A DNA stretch of 52,656 nucleotides, from contig JAPYNL010000095.1 in assembly GCA_028285795.1 (NCBI GenBank), forward strand, positions 1 to 52,656, read 5' to 3'. The translations under genes and the position numbers were made by a program. The stretch comes from Arenicellales bacterium. Its GTDB lineage: Bacteria > Pseudomonadota > Gammaproteobacteria > Arenicellales > Poriferihabitantaceae. This document shows, piece after piece, positions 37,670-48,392 of the stretch (within the stretch, counting starts at the first letter, position 1; each line of letters begins with the position of its first letter). The notes beneath the pieces are model-generated. The model had not been told where the DNA came from and made no database searches. It saw nothing but the letters and a program-made list of their open reading frames with translations.

Positions 37670-38230
37670 GAGCTGGGTCGTCCAGTCGCGATCCATTCGT
37701 ATCGGCATGGCATCTTCCGGATCAACCAGATACTCCATGACCGCCTGATCAGGGAACTGCGCCTGCGCGGGATCGACAGTGCGGAGCAGGCCAACGCCTT
37801 CCGGCCTGAATTCATGAAGGACTATAACGCCCGCTTCACGGTTGATCCGCAGTGCCCCGATGCCCACCGGGAGGTTCTGCATAACCGGCGTGAATTGGCC
37901 CTGATCTTCTCGCTGCATCATTAGCGCACGCTCTCTAAGAACCTGGTCTGCCGCTTCGAGACCGGGAGTACCGGATCTCGAACCGTACACAGGGCTACAC
38001 CCTGTGCGGATTACGAATCACTGTGTGCAAGGTCTTCCACGGCAACGTGACATTGCTGCGTGACGGCCGGAAGCTTGCCTAATGCGTACTGCAGCAGGAT
38101 CTTGGGATCAGGCCCCGGTCGCCGACGGGAAGAGCATCCAGCAGGCGGTCGAACGGGCACAGGCAGAACTGCCGAGATGGAACCACCGGCCGATCACCCC
38201 TGGCGACACTTTCCGATCCGGTCTCTTGCG
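37670..38230 (+). mobile_element. remnant of an IS transposase gene (IS481/ISNCY-like integrase-core C-terminal half): 5'-truncated, with nonsense and frameshift mutations
   Basis: Fragments across three frames: ...QILHDRLIRELRLRGIDSAEQANAFRPEFMKDYNARFTVDP...AHREVLHNRRELALIFSLHH*RTLSKNL, then (shift) REYRISNRTQGYTLCGLRITVCKVFHGNVTLLRDGRKLA*, then PVADGKSIQQAVERAQAE, then (shift) ADHPWRH. There is no intact ORF, and no N-terminal HTH or DDE start. Confidence 0.7.
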
Positions 38231-38574
38231 TCCCGGGTGCCGGGGGAACGCCGGACCGCTTCCCCAGCCAGGTTCAGGGCTGGATGGAGCGACGCTTGGT
38301 GAAAGCACAGTCAAAATTGAAAATGGACAATATTTGGACCATTTGGTCAAGAATCACCCGGTTCCACGTGGGCAACCCCAAACAAAGAAGCTTGCAGCCC
38401 CTTATATGTTGCAGCGCAATATAATTTTGCAATACTTACAATAAAATATTTTTACTGTTATTCAATTAACAATATTTATAGATTTACCATAAAGCAGGAA
38501 TGTTGCAGTACAGCACGAGATGGCCGTTTAGTCAGACTGCCCGATTTCAAGCATTCCGTAACAGATTTATATGA

Positions 38575-38928
<354 letters not shown>

Positions 38929-38974
38929 CAAACGTTCTTCTTTCCCGAAAAACAAATTCAAATGAGATATACAA

Positions 38975-40258
38975 ATGGCTGACGTTAATTTTATGGACGG
39001 CATTTTTCACCTCCAGTATGCACTCGATACATTCTATTTCCTGATATGCGGTGCTCTGGTCATGTGGATGGCTGCAGGCTTTTCAATGCTGGAAGCAGGA
39101 ATGGTCCGGTCCAAGAACACCGCGGAAATTCTTTCCAAGAACGTGGCACTCTATGCGATTGCAAGTGTTGCCTATCTGGTTTGCGGCTATCAGCTCATGT
39201 ACGGCGGCGGCTGGTTCTTGAACGGAATGGGCGACATGGATGTCGGATCAGTGTTGGGCGATTTCCATGCCAGAGAAGGTGGCATAGAGGGCGGGTCAAT
39301 ATACTCCGGTGCTTCAGACTTCTTTTTTCAGGTAGTATTTGTCGCTACGGCAATGTCGATTGTCTCCGGAGCCGTTGCCGAAAGGATGAAACTCTGGGCA
39401 TTTCTGGCCTTTGCTGTCGTAATGACCGCTTTCATCTATCCAATGGAAGGAAGCTGGACTTGGGGCGGTGCAAGCGTTTTCGGTTTCTATAACCTGGGCG
39501 ATCTTGGATTCAGCGATTTCGCAGGCTCGGGCATCGTGCACCTTGCAGGAGCAGTAGCAGCACTGGTCGGGGTAATCCTGCTGGGACCACGCAAGGGCAA
39601 ATACGGCAAGGATGGTCGAATCAACGCAATCCCGGGCGCAAATATGCCTCTTGCGGCCCTGGGTACGCTGATATTATGGATGGGCTGGTTCGGATTCAAC
39701 GGAGGATCAGTCCTGAAACTTGGCGACATTGTGAATGCTCATGCCGTAGCCATGGTTTTTCTGAATACCAACGCTGCAGCAGCTGGCGGTGCCATCGCAG
39801 CACTCGTCACATCACAATTATTATTCAAAAAAGCTGATTTGACGATGATGCTAAGCGGTGCTCTGGGTGGCCTGGTTGCAATTACTGCTGAACCCCTAAC
39901 CCCTACCCCGATCGTGGCCGTCATTTTTGGTGCAGCAGGCGGAGTCTTGACGGTATTTAGCATCATGGCCCTGGATAAACTCAAGATTGATGACCCACTT
40001 GGGGCTATTTCAGTGCATGGAACCTGCGGGATCCTGGGACTGCTGCTGGTTCCATTGACCAACAGTAGTGCAACCTTTGTCGGCCAGGTTGCCGGTGCAT
40101 TGACCATAATCATCTGGGTTGGCCTGGTCAGCTTTGTCGTTTGGAAAATTCTCCAGGCTACAGTTGGAATTCGTGTTTCCGAAGAGCAGGAATATGATGG
40201 CATGGATCTGGCAGACTGCGGCATGGAAGCTTATCCGGAGTTCACCAAAACTGCATAA
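38975..40258 (+). CDS. amtB: ammonium transporter
   Basis: FSMLEAGMVRSKN, DFAGSGIVHLAGAVAALVG, WFGFNGGS and ISVHGTCGILG. It has 11-12 TM helices. Confidence 0.93.
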   Translation: MADVNFMDGIFHLQYALDTFYFLICGALVMWMAAGFSMLEAGMVRSKNTAEILSKNVALYAIASVAYLVCGYQLMYGGGWFLNGMGDMDVGSVLGDFHAREGGIEGGSIYSGASDFFFQVVFVATAMSIVSGAVAERMKLWAFLAFAVVMTAFIYPMEGSWTWGGASVFGFYNLGDLGFSDFAGSGIVHLAGAVAALVGVILLGPRKGKYGKDGRINAIPGANMPLAALGTLILWMGWFGFNGGSVLKLGDIVNAHAVAMVFLNTNAAAAGGAIAALVTSQLLFKKADLTMMLSGALGGLVAITAEPLTPTPIVAVIFGAAGGVLTVFSIMALDKLKIDDPLGAISVHGTCGILGLLLVPLTNSSATFVGQVAGALTIIIWVGLVSFVVWKILQATVGIRVSEEQEYDGMDLADCGMEAYPEFTKTA

Positions 40259-40271
40259 ATTTCCACCACTG

Positions 40272-40313
40272 GGCCCGGCCTCCTTTTTGGGCTGGGAAGC
40301 CGGGCCTTTTTTT
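40272..40313 (+). terminator. rho-independent terminator after amtB
   Basis: GGCCCGGC (40272-40279) pairs with GCCGGGCC (40299-40306), followed by T7 (40307-40313). Confidence 0.7.
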
Positions 40314-40473
40314 GGCAAGAGGATCTGCCCATACCCAACCCCGATTCAATGACTGATTTAGCCGGTCAACATGGCGTAGACTGCGGCGTAAAGTAAGTAC
40401 AGTTTGCTATTCTTGATTGACCTGTGCCGGCCGCTCGCAACAAGCCCTGTCGCTCCTTCAACAACCCAAAGCA

Positions 40474-41361
40474 ATGAATATCACTGAGTGGGGTCTACTG
40501 GTATTTCTTTCTATTTTATGGGGCAGTGCCTTCTTTTTTGTCGGAGTGGCCGTGGTCGAATTGCCTCCCTTGACGATTGTTCTGGCCCGGGTTGGATTGG
40601 CCGCACTGATTCTCTTACTCCTGATAGTTTATCTTGGACATTCACTGCCAAACAGATTGTCCGCATGGACCCCATTTCTGGTTATGGGGCTACTCAACAA
40701 TGTGCTTCCTTTCAGTTTTCTTAATACCGGACAGATCATGGTTAGTGTCGGCCTGGCTTCAATTATCAATGCCTTGACACCCTTGTTCACGGCATTGGTC
40801 ATGGCATTCTTCAAGGAAGAGAAATTGACCGTGTATCGCGTTATCGGGGTTTTGCTTGGGGTGCTTGGCGTTGTCCAGATCTCGCTGCCGGATATGGCTC
40901 ATGGAGGCATGCGTATGGCAGGCATCGGATTTTGCATGGCTGGGGCATTCAGCTATGCCTTTGCCGCACTTTGGGGGCGAAGACATCTGATGGAACATCC
41001 CCCAGTCGTCAATGCGACCTGTCAGCTATTGGCATCGACATTAATGATGCTGGTCGTGGCGTCCTTGCTGGAGCAACCTTGGAACCTGCCTCTCCCAAGT
41101 ATGCGGGTCTGGCTTGCACTTGCCGGTCTTGCTGTGTTTGGAACAGCACTCGCCTATCTGATATTTTTCCGACTTCTCGCATCCATAGGCGGCTCGAATG
41201 TGATGCTGGTTACACTTTTAATTCCCATTTCTGCATTAATGCTTGGGAATTTATTTCTCAATGAACCGCTGGTTGCCCATGAGCTGACCGGTGCTGCAAT
41301 TATTGGCTTGGGACTGTTATTCATCGATGAACGACTGCTACGAAAAATCAGGTTGCGATAA
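40474..41361 (+). CDS. EamA/DMT-superfamily transporter
   Basis: Ten hydrophobic helices arranged as two EamA repeats. The N-terminus reads WGLLVFLSILWGSAFFF. The start is placed at the ATG at 40474. Confidence 0.85.
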   Translation: MNITEWGLLVFLSILWGSAFFFVGVAVVELPPLTIVLARVGLAALILLLLIVYLGHSLPNRLSAWTPFLVMGLLNNVLPFSFLNTGQIMVSVGLASIINALTPLFTALVMAFFKEEKLTVYRVIGVLLGVLGVVQISLPDMAHGGMRMAGIGFCMAGAFSYAFAALWGRRHLMEHPPVVNATCQLLASTLMMLVVASLLEQPWNLPLPSMRVWLALAGLAVFGTALAYLIFFRLLASIGGSNVMLVTLLIPISALMLGNLFLNEPLVAHELTGAAIIGLGLLFIDERLLRKIRLR

Positions 41362-42071
41362 TTGCTATTTTCAAGTGTTCTGACAATTCAACCCGAAGGT
41401 ATCCAATGAGATGAATATCGAGATTTTCAGTTTGTCAGCGATTGCTAAATGCCTTGGTTTTAGGGTTTGCGTCACAATAGAGGCGAAAATCTCTTGAATT
41501 GGGGTTTTCATAATGAGCTCTTTTTCAGGCAATCGAGCGATCAATTTGTCGAAATTGTGATAAAGCAAAACCCATCTTCAGTCGACATTCTTCGTGTCGT
41601 GAAGTAGCTCGGTCGCAAAACACTTTCTGTGCCTTGAAGCGGTGTGTGACTCATGGGAAAAGAGCAGCAGGATTGGTGCAGATCAAACTCCTTCAGCTCG
41701 AAGATACATTCCAATGGCCCGAAAGCTCATGCATAACATGCGTGTGCACGGGAATTCATGGCGGCTGAGGCCCTCACTGTCATGCATGAACAAGGCGCCT
41801 GCCAGGCATGGCCGGAACTGCTTCGTCAAGCTAATATGACAGCTCCTGTGCCAAATGCGGATTTCGTCTCGAAGTCCGCAGAGTTCCAGAGTGCTTTTGG
41901 TTTTGTTTTGGAGTCGTTGGTGATACCATAGCATGACGATGGCAAGCAGACATTTTTCGGTCAATAGGCTGGATTTGCATGATTTTCAGAGAATCAGCAA
42001 TCAATGTTTCTGCCCTGCATTCATGTACATTGACCGATAAGCTGTTTCTTCTATTTTGGGCTCATGGTAGA

Positions 42072-43235
42072 ATGAATATCAAAACCAGTCACGACGATTT
42101 TCCGATTACTCTCGGGATAGAGGAAGAATTCTTTCTGGTAGACCCCAAGACCCGTGAACTGGTTGCCGATCCCGACCCCGGATTCTTTGATGACTGCAAG
42201 AGTGTCGAGAGTCCGCATAACTACGTGCATGAATTGTTTCGATCGCAAATTGAAAGCAATAGCCGCGTCTGTAGTTCCGTGGATGAAATTCGTCAATCGT
42301 TCATCGAAAGCAGAAATACGATGATTGAGCTTGCCGCTAAATATGGCGCAACGATTATGGCCGCTTCCACTCATCCAACGGGTTCATGGCAGTCGCAAAT
42401 GACCACTCCGATGGAACGCTATCAACGCTTCACTGAAACATATCAAGCTAGCGTCAGGCGTTTCTTTATCAGCGGCATGCATATCCATGCAGGCTTTGGA
42501 GATCCGGATATGAGGATTAGGGTAATGACCGGCCTGCGCCGTTATCTTCCGTTACTTCATGCATTATCGACATCATCCCCGTTTGCTGCCGGTAACGAAA
42601 CCGGATTCAAGTCATATCGGCTGACCTTGGTTGGGGCTCTGCCGAGAACTGGCATACCCGGCCCATTGTATTCCTATGCTGACTATGATGAATTGCTGCA
42701 ATCCTACCGAGCCATGAATTTTGTCAAAGATGGCAGCGAACTATGGTGGGACATACGACCATCTCACCGTTTTTCAACGATCGAGATGCGAATCTGCGAT
42801 GTGTGCACGCGTATTGAAGATGCGATGTCTATCGTTGCTCTATACGCCTGTCTGATTCGCTGGTTGATGCGCAACGAGCAAATGAATCAAGTTCTGTCCG
42901 AGCCCCTGACTGAAATCATAGTGGAAAATCGCTGGATTGCCCAGCGTTATGGCGTGGTTTCATTCTTCGGTGTCCCGGGCGAAGAAAGCGGGCGGATTGA
43001 CATTTATGACTATGCCAAGACGCTGCTTGATCAATTGATTGACGATGCTCATGCCCTCAATTGTGTTGAAGAGTTGTATCGTTGTACATCGATCATTCGT
43101 GAAGGCACCGGTGCCGATCGACAGATTGATCTCTATCGAATGGAAAAGCTAAACGGCGGCACCCATGAGGAAGCACTTGCCAAGGTAATCGATTTGATCT
43201 TGGAGGATACTCAAGCCGGTCTCGGGTATCGGTAA
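42072..43235 (+). CDS. ybdK: carboxylate-amine ligase (YbdK / glutamate-cysteine ligase family 2)
   Basis: ITLGIEEEFFLVDPKT, SQIESNS, GMHIHAG, and SSPF...G...SYR. The ATG at 42072 is preferred. Confidence 0.85.
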   Translation: MNIKTSHDDFPITLGIEEEFFLVDPKTRELVADPDPGFFDDCKSVESPHNYVHELFRSQIESNSRVCSSVDEIRQSFIESRNTMIELAAKYGATIMAASTHPTGSWQSQMTTPMERYQRFTETYQASVRRFFISGMHIHAGFGDPDMRIRVMTGLRRYLPLLHALSTSSPFAAGNETGFKSYRLTLVGALPRTGIPGPLYSYADYDELLQSYRAMNFVKDGSELWWDIRPSHRFSTIEMRICDVCTRIEDAMSIVALYACLIRWLMRNEQMNQVLSEPLTEIIVENRWIAQRYGVVSFFGVPGEESGRIDIYDYAKTLLDQLIDDAHALNCVEELYRCTSIIREGTGADRQIDLYRMEKLNGGTHEEALAKVIDLILEDTQAGLGYR

Positions 43236-43291
43236 TGGGCTTGTGTTCCATAGCCATGGCCATAATTTCTTCAGGTCATTCGTTTCAGCAA

Positions 43292-43468
43292 TCAGGCCAA
43301 ATTACGGGAGATATCTTGCTTGCGCCTGATGTCGAGTTGTTCCAGTATATCCAGCTTCTGCTCTCTGGACATGATCATCCAGTCACGGACTTCATCCGCA
43401 CTGCGATAGCAACCCTTGCAGTATGGCTGATCGCCAAAGGTGCATACGGAAAGGCAGGGGGAAGGCAT
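43292..43468 (-). CDS. DUF1289 (YdhL-like) small Cys-rich protein
   Basis: MPSPCLSVCTFGDQPYCKGCYRSADEVRDWMIMSREQK matches the DUF1289 pattern SPCxxxC...CxGCxR...E...W. The longer ORF-track N-terminus is Arg-rich and unlikely to be real. Confidence 0.7.
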   Translation of the reverse strand: MPSPCLSVCTFGDQPYCKGCYRSADEVRDWMIMSREQKLDILEQLDIRRKQDISRNLA

Positions 43469-43545
43469 CGATATGTCGAAACTGTTCGATGGACCCGCTC
43501 CCCTCCGACGATTTTTACGTCGGTGTCGAGTTGTGACGGACATGC

Positions 43546-43983
43546 CTAAGGTGAGACAGCAGGATAGAAAAATCCGTTAGCAATCGCGATCAATAGCAGT
43601 GCAATCATCTGGAACATGTTGATAATGACGGTCTGTCGATGAAGTGACTTGTATCGCGACTTGTCCTGATGGGAGTCAGTCTCAAGCCATTTTGCCCTTG
43701 CCTGATTGTACTTATTGAGAAGATATTGTCGGGCATACACAAATCCAGATAGAATGATCAACAGAAGTAGCGTCAGAGATTGAAACTCAAGTGCCGCAAT
43801 AATTGTTAACAAGATGCTCAGTGCAATGCACCACAGGTAATATCGTGGGAACAGTCGATGGGCAAGAACCTGAGCCGGCTCTTTGTCCAGTGATTGAAAG
43901 ACTGCCGGCATCACAATAGCACTGAAAAATACCATTGACCCAAAAAGCAGAGACGACAGGAAAATGATTAGATCTAAAATCAT
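43546..43983 (-). CDS. DUF4149-like four-helix membrane protein
   Basis: 145 aa with four hydrophobic segments. The N-terminus FGSMVFFSAIVMPAVF...AHRLFPRYY resembles DUF4149/TMEM205-like proteins. Confidence 0.6.
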   Translation of the reverse strand: MILDLIIFLSSLLFGSMVFFSAIVMPAVFQSLDKEPAQVLAHRLFPRYYLWCIALSILLTIIAALEFQSLTLLLLIILSGFVYARQYLLNKYNQARAKWLETDSHQDKSRYKSLHRQTVIINMFQMIALLLIAIANGFFYPAVSP

Positions 43984-44233
43984 ATCTATGCAAATCGCGT
44001 AGCATCACCCTAATAAGATGGATTGATTATATTCTAGATTGACCAGTTTTTTGGAGTTATGTACTTGTATGGTAATAGAGGCAAATTCCTGGCATGGGTG
44101 TCAACCCCTGAGTCTATCCCAATCAACCCACCAGCGAAAACAAATCGAAAAAATTGCGTTTCGGGGCTGATAATCCGAAATGCCAGACAACCCTGCAATT
44201 CATGTTTAACCTGCGACCGGGAAGAACATAACC

Positions 44234-45679
44234 ATGAAAAAGACTGTAGTCTGGTTACGTCGGGATTTTAGACTTTCCGACAACCCGGCGATTTCCCATG
44301 CCCTTGAGCAGTCGGATCAGGTGATCCTGTTTTACATTCATGCACCCCATGAAGAACATCCATGGCAACCGGGGGCGGCGAGTAGTTGGTGGCTACACCA
44401 GAGTTTGAGTACCTTCAGGAGGCAGGTGCGAATAAAGCAGGGCGAGCTGATTGTTCGACAGGGAGACAGCCTGCAATCCCTGATTGAAATCTGTACTGAA
44501 ACCGGCGCAGAGGCTGTATGCTGGAATCGGCTTTATGAACCGGTGATCGCAAGACGGGATCGAAAAATCAAGCAAGAACTGGAAAAGCTCGGAATCAGGG
44601 CTATCGATTTCGCGGGAGCCTTGCTACGAGAGCCAGATGAAGTTCTCAAGGAAGATGGAGAGGTATACCGGGTATATACCCCCTTTAGCAAGCGACATGC
44701 CTCACTGGCGCCACCCGAACCACCACTGGATGAACCCGGGCATTTGCCAACTCCCTATCCCGTTCCAAAATCACTGCATATCGAAGAACTTGAACTTGTC
44801 GACAGGATTCAATGGCACTCGCAATTTACCGGAGAATGGCAGCCGGGAGAAAAAGGCGCCCAACATCGAATTCAGTCATTTTCCGAGCATGCTGCTCTTG
44901 ACTATGGGCATCATCGGGACATTCCGAATCTTGAAGGAGTGTCTCGGCTATCTCCACACCTGCATTTTGGAGAAGTGTCTCCCCGCCAGGTCTGGCTGCA
45001 TGTACGAAGCGGAGATAACCAGATGTACGATCCGCCCGATATGAGCCCTTTCTGGCCGTATTTGCGTCAATTGATCTGGAGGGATTTTGCCCATCACCTG
45101 CTCTATTATCACCCGGCAATGAGTGATCGTCCTCTTGATCCCATGTATGAGGATTTTGTCTGGGACTGCAATCCGAAACTACTTGAGAAGTGGCAAAATG
45201 GACAGACTGGAATCCCATTGGTGGATGCAGGCATGCGCCAGTTGTGGCATACCGGATGGATGCACAATCGGGTCCGCATGATCGTGGCTTCGGTGCTTAG
45301 CAAGAACGGACTGGTCCACTGGCTGGAAGGTGCTCGCTGGTTCTGGGATACTCTGGTCGATGCCGATCTCGCCAATAATTCCATGGGCTGGCAATGGGTT
45401 GCGGGTTGCGGTCCTGATGCGGCACCTTACTTCAGGATATTTTCACCAAGGAGTCAGGGCCAGAGGTTTGATCCTGATGGCGAATATATTCGGCGGTGGG
45501 TACCAGAATTGTCTGCAATACCAATTCAATATATCCATGAGCCCTGGACATGGCCTGATTCGAACAGTATACTGAACAAGCTGAATTACCCAATGCCAGC
45601 CCTCGATCTCAAACAGACCCGGTACAGGGCTTTGGATCGCCATCAGGAGGCCAGGCAGGCCTGGATAAAATCACGCTGA
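44234..45679 (+). CDS. phrB: deoxyribodipyrimidine photolyase (class I CPD photolyase/cryptochrome family)
   Basis: VVWLRRDFRLSDNPA, TPFSK, SRLSPHLHFGEVS, WREF-like WRDFAHH, GWMHNRVRM and NSMGWQWVAGCGPDAAPYFRIFSP. Confidence 0.9.
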   Translation: MKKTVVWLRRDFRLSDNPAISHALEQSDQVILFYIHAPHEEHPWQPGAASSWWLHQSLSTFRRQVRIKQGELIVRQGDSLQSLIEICTETGAEAVCWNRLYEPVIARRDRKIKQELEKLGIRAIDFAGALLREPDEVLKEDGEVYRVYTPFSKRHASLAPPEPPLDEPGHLPTPYPVPKSLHIEELELVDRIQWHSQFTGEWQPGEKGAQHRIQSFSEHAALDYGHHRDIPNLEGVSRLSPHLHFGEVSPRQVWLHVRSGDNQMYDPPDMSPFWPYLRQLIWRDFAHHLLYYHPAMSDRPLDPMYEDFVWDCNPKLLEKWQNGQTGIPLVDAGMRQLWHTGWMHNRVRMIVASVLSKNGLVHWLEGARWFWDTLVDADLANNSMGWQWVAGCGPDAAPYFRIFSPRSQGQRFDPDGEYIRRWVPELSAIPIQYIHEPWTWPDSNSILNKLNYPMPALDLKQTRYRALDRHQEARQAWIKSR

Positions 45680-45713
45680 AAAAACCTCAAATATAGAGTC
45701 TCAGGATCTGAGT

Positions 45714-47378
45714 TTATGTTTTGAGCGGTCTGTAACGAATTCGGACAGACTTGATTTCCTGACTATGACGTCGCTTGTAATCCTGTTCGTATTCCGAGTA
45801 GTTTCCATCAAACCAGACAATTTCTGAATGACCCTCAAAAGCCAGCATGTGCGTGGCAATTCGATCCAGAAACCACCGGTCGTGGGAGACCACGACCACA
45901 CAGCCCGGAAAGTCCAGAATAGCCTCTTCCAAGGCCCGTAGCGTTTCAACATCCAGATCATTCGTTGGTTCATCGAGCATCAGCAGGTTTGCTCCGCTGG
46001 CGAGGAGTTTCGCGAGGTGAACGCGATTTCGTTCACCCCCTGAGAGAGTGCCGACAATTTTCTGCTGGTCAGGCCCTCTGAAATTGAAGCGTCCGACATA
46101 GCGGCGTGACTGCATCTCGAACCCGTTGACTGTCATTGCATCTTGCCCACCAGTAATTTCCTCAAACACGGTGTTTTTGTCATTGAGCAATTCCCGGGAT
46201 TGGTCAACATGGCCCGTGATTACGGTATCGCCGATCTGAAAGGTGCCCGAAGTGGGCTGTAGCTTGCCAGTCATCAGGTTCAGCAGAGTGGTTTTGCCGG
46301 CACCATTCGGCCCGATGATGCCAACTATCGCGCCTTTGGGCAGACTGAAACTGAGGTTTTCATAGAGCGGTTTTCCATCGAATGACATGGAGATATCCTT
46401 GGCTTTGATGACCACATCTCCAAGACGGGGACCCGGTGGGATATAGATTTCGTTGGTTTGTGCACGTTTCTGGTAGTCACTTGAGCTCAATTCCTCAAAC
46501 CGCTTGATGCGGGCCTTGTTTTTGCTTTGCCGTCCTTTTGGATTGGACCGCACCCATTCAAGCTCACTTTGCATGCTCTTGATGCGTGCCGACTCTGTGT
46601 TTTGTTCCTGCTCAAGTCTCTTCTCCTTTTGCTCGAGCCAGGAGGAATAGTTACCTTTCCATGGAATGGCCTGACCTCGATCCAGTTCGAGTATCCAGCC
46701 CGCAACGTTATCCAGGAAATATCGATCATGAGTTACTGCAACCACAGTCCCGGCAAAGCCATGCAGGAAATGTTCAAGCCAGGCCACTGATTCAGCGTCC
46801 AGATGGTTGGTGGGTTCATCCAAGATCAGCATGTCCGGATTTGAGAGCAGTAGCCTGCACAGTGCAACCCGCCGTCGTTCACCGCCGGACAGGGTTGCAA
46901 TCTGGACATTCCATGGGGGCAATCTGAGAGCCTCGGCAGCAATTTCAAGGCGGTGATCAAGGTTATGAGCATCTGCAGCCTGGATAATGCTTTCAAGCTG
47001 AGCCTGCTTGTTGGCGAGGACTTCGAAATCCGCATCCGGATCGGCATAAGCGGCGTAGACTTCCTGAAGCCTGTCTTGGGTTGATTTGATGTCGGCCAGG
47101 CTTTCTTCAATGATTTCACGAATGTTTTTTTGATTGTCGAGTCCCGGCTCTTGTTCCAGATAGCCAATTTTGAGGCCAGGTTGTGGTCTTGCTTCTCCAG
47201 CAATGTCCCGTTCAATTCCGGCCATGATTTTCAGCAGAGTAGACTTGCCGGCACCGTTATAGCCCAGTACGCCGATTTTCGCCCCGGGAAAAAAGCTCAG
47301 ATAAATGTCCTTTAGAATCCAGCGGTTTGGTGGTACAGACTTGCCGACCCCGTTCAGCGTAAACACATAGTCAGACAA
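45714..47378 (-). CDS. ettA: ABC-F energy-dependent translational throttle protein
   Basis: 554 aa with two ABC cassettes (GYNGAGKSTLL; GPNGAGKTTLL), two LSGGE signatures, no TM domain, and an N-terminus typical of EttA (YVFTLNGVGKSVPPNRWILKDIYLSFFPGAKIGVLG). Confidence 0.93.
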   Translation of the reverse strand: MSDYVFTLNGVGKSVPPNRWILKDIYLSFFPGAKIGVLGYNGAGKSTLLKIMAGIERDIAGEARPQPGLKIGYLEQEPGLDNQKNIREIIEESLADIKSTQDRLQEVYAAYADPDADFEVLANKQAQLESIIQAADAHNLDHRLEIAAEALRLPPWNVQIATLSGGERRRVALCRLLLSNPDMLILDEPTNHLDAESVAWLEHFLHGFAGTVVAVTHDRYFLDNVAGWILELDRGQAIPWKGNYSSWLEQKEKRLEQEQNTESARIKSMQSELEWVRSNPKGRQSKNKARIKRFEELSSSDYQKRAQTNEIYIPPGPRLGDVVIKAKDISMSFDGKPLYENLSFSLPKGAIVGIIGPNGAGKTTLLNLMTGKLQPTSGTFQIGDTVITGHVDQSRELLNDKNTVFEEITGGQDAMTVNGFEMQSRRYVGRFNFRGPDQQKIVGTLSGGERNRVHLAKLLASGANLLMLDEPTNDLDVETLRALEEAILDFPGCVVVVSHDRWFLDRIATHMLAFEGHSEIVWFDGNYSEYEQDYKRRHSQEIKSVRIRYRPLKT

Positions 47379-47432
47379 TTGATAAATCCTTTGCGGTGGG
47401 CATGCAGGAATCTGGCGCTATGCAAAGAGTGC

Positions 47433-48209
47433 CTACGTCAAGGTCGGAAGTGCTCGTTCAAGGAGCTGGGGATTGGCAGCAGCCAGAACTTCTCCGCACG
47501 AATTGATGTTTAGGGTCTCTCCCTGCCAGTCGCTGATTGCCCCGCCCGCACCTTCAATAATCGGCACCAGGGCCAAGAAATCGTAAGGCTTGAGGCTGGC
47601 TTCGCAGACTAGTTCATTGAGACCCAGGGCAAGCAGGCCATAGTTGTAGCAGTCACCGCCAAAGACCCTAAAACCGCACTGATCACTTAAAGTGTCTAGC
47701 TTGTCTTTTTGTGTTTTGTCAAACATGTCCGGTGATGTAGTGCATAGACGGGCTTTGGAGAGATCCTGGTTTTTGCTCGTGGAGCATGGCTTGCCATTGT
47801 ACAAGGCTGCCTGGCCCGAAATCCCGACCCAGCGCTCATCGAGAATAGCCTGGTCAATCATGCCAATTACGGGTGAGCCGTGATGCAACAACGCGATCAA
47901 AGTTCCGAAAGCATGCTTGCCCGTGGCATAGCTTCGGGTCCCGTCAATGGGGTCGATCACCCATAGCCATTCTTGAGAATGTCCGGTTTGCCCGGTCTCT
48001 TCACCGAAGAAATCATGGTCCGGATGGTTTTTCAATATTGTTGCACGGGCGATCTTTTCCACCTCGAGATCTGTTGTGGTGACTGGGGAGCCATCTGGTT
48101 TCATCTGCAACACTGAGTTACGGCGAAAATCTTTTTTGATCAGCGTGCGAGCAATGTCTGCGATGCGGTGTGCGGTTGTCAGATACGCTCGGTAGGAGTG
48201 TGCATTCAT
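47433..48209 (-). CDS. inositol monophosphatase-family phosphatase (SuhB/HisN-like)
   Basis: FFGEETG, WVIDPIDGT and a C-terminal GAGG...SDW motif. 258 aa. Confidence 0.85.
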   Translation of the reverse strand: MNAHSYRAYLTTAHRIADIARTLIKKDFRRNSVLQMKPDGSPVTTTDLEVEKIARATILKNHPDHDFFGEETGQTGHSQEWLWVIDPIDGTRSYATGKHAFGTLIALLHHGSPVIGMIDQAILDERWVGISGQAALYNGKPCSTSKNQDLSKARLCTTSPDMFDKTQKDKLDTLSDQCGFRVFGGDCYNYGLLALGLNELVCEASLKPYDFLALVPIIEGAGGAISDWQGETLNINSCGEVLAAANPQLLERALPTLT

Positions 48210-48249
48210 CTAGAAACAGAAACTTGAACGGTTGACATTACCGCTTATA

Positions 48250-48325
48250 TGGTGGGACGCGCAGGAATCGAACCTGCGACCCGCTGATTAAAAGTCAGCT
48301 ACTCTACCAGCTGAGCTAGCGTCCC
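48250..48325 (-). tRNA. tRNA-Lys (anticodon UUU), CCA encoded
   Basis: The reverse complement folds by hand into a 76-nt cloverleaf: acceptor GGGACGC/GCGTCCC, D-arm GCTC-AGCTGGTA-GAGT, anticodon arm GCTGA-CTTTTAA-TCAGC, variable loop GGGTC, T-arm GCAGG-TTCGATT-CCTGC, then ACCA. Confidence 0.9.
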
Positions 48326-48392
48326 TTTGATCGGAAGTCACGAGACGGACCCCCCATTACAAGATAACGTCGAAACAGTCTGATTCAAAATA

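Noticed and set aside
37965-37995. GGATCTCGAACCG segment resembling a tRNA T-arm on the minus strand
   Set aside because: No complementary stem or cloverleaf can be drawn. The segment lies inside the readable transposase remnant (codons ...DREYRISNRTQGY...).
41371-41964. Small minus-strand ORFs (65 aa and 93 aa) and a fragment ending ...ELLHDTKNVD* that faintly recalls a ParE/RelE C-terminus
   Set aside because: The similarity is limited to a few residues. I could not assemble a coherent toxin or antitoxin across the frames. The region may be a decayed remnant but is not supportable as a feature.
43235-43549. 104-aa plus-strand ORF
   Set aside because: It lies exactly antisense to the DUF1289 gene, whose Cys pattern (SPCxxxC...CxGCxR) is a specific family signature. 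The plus-strand translation has none.
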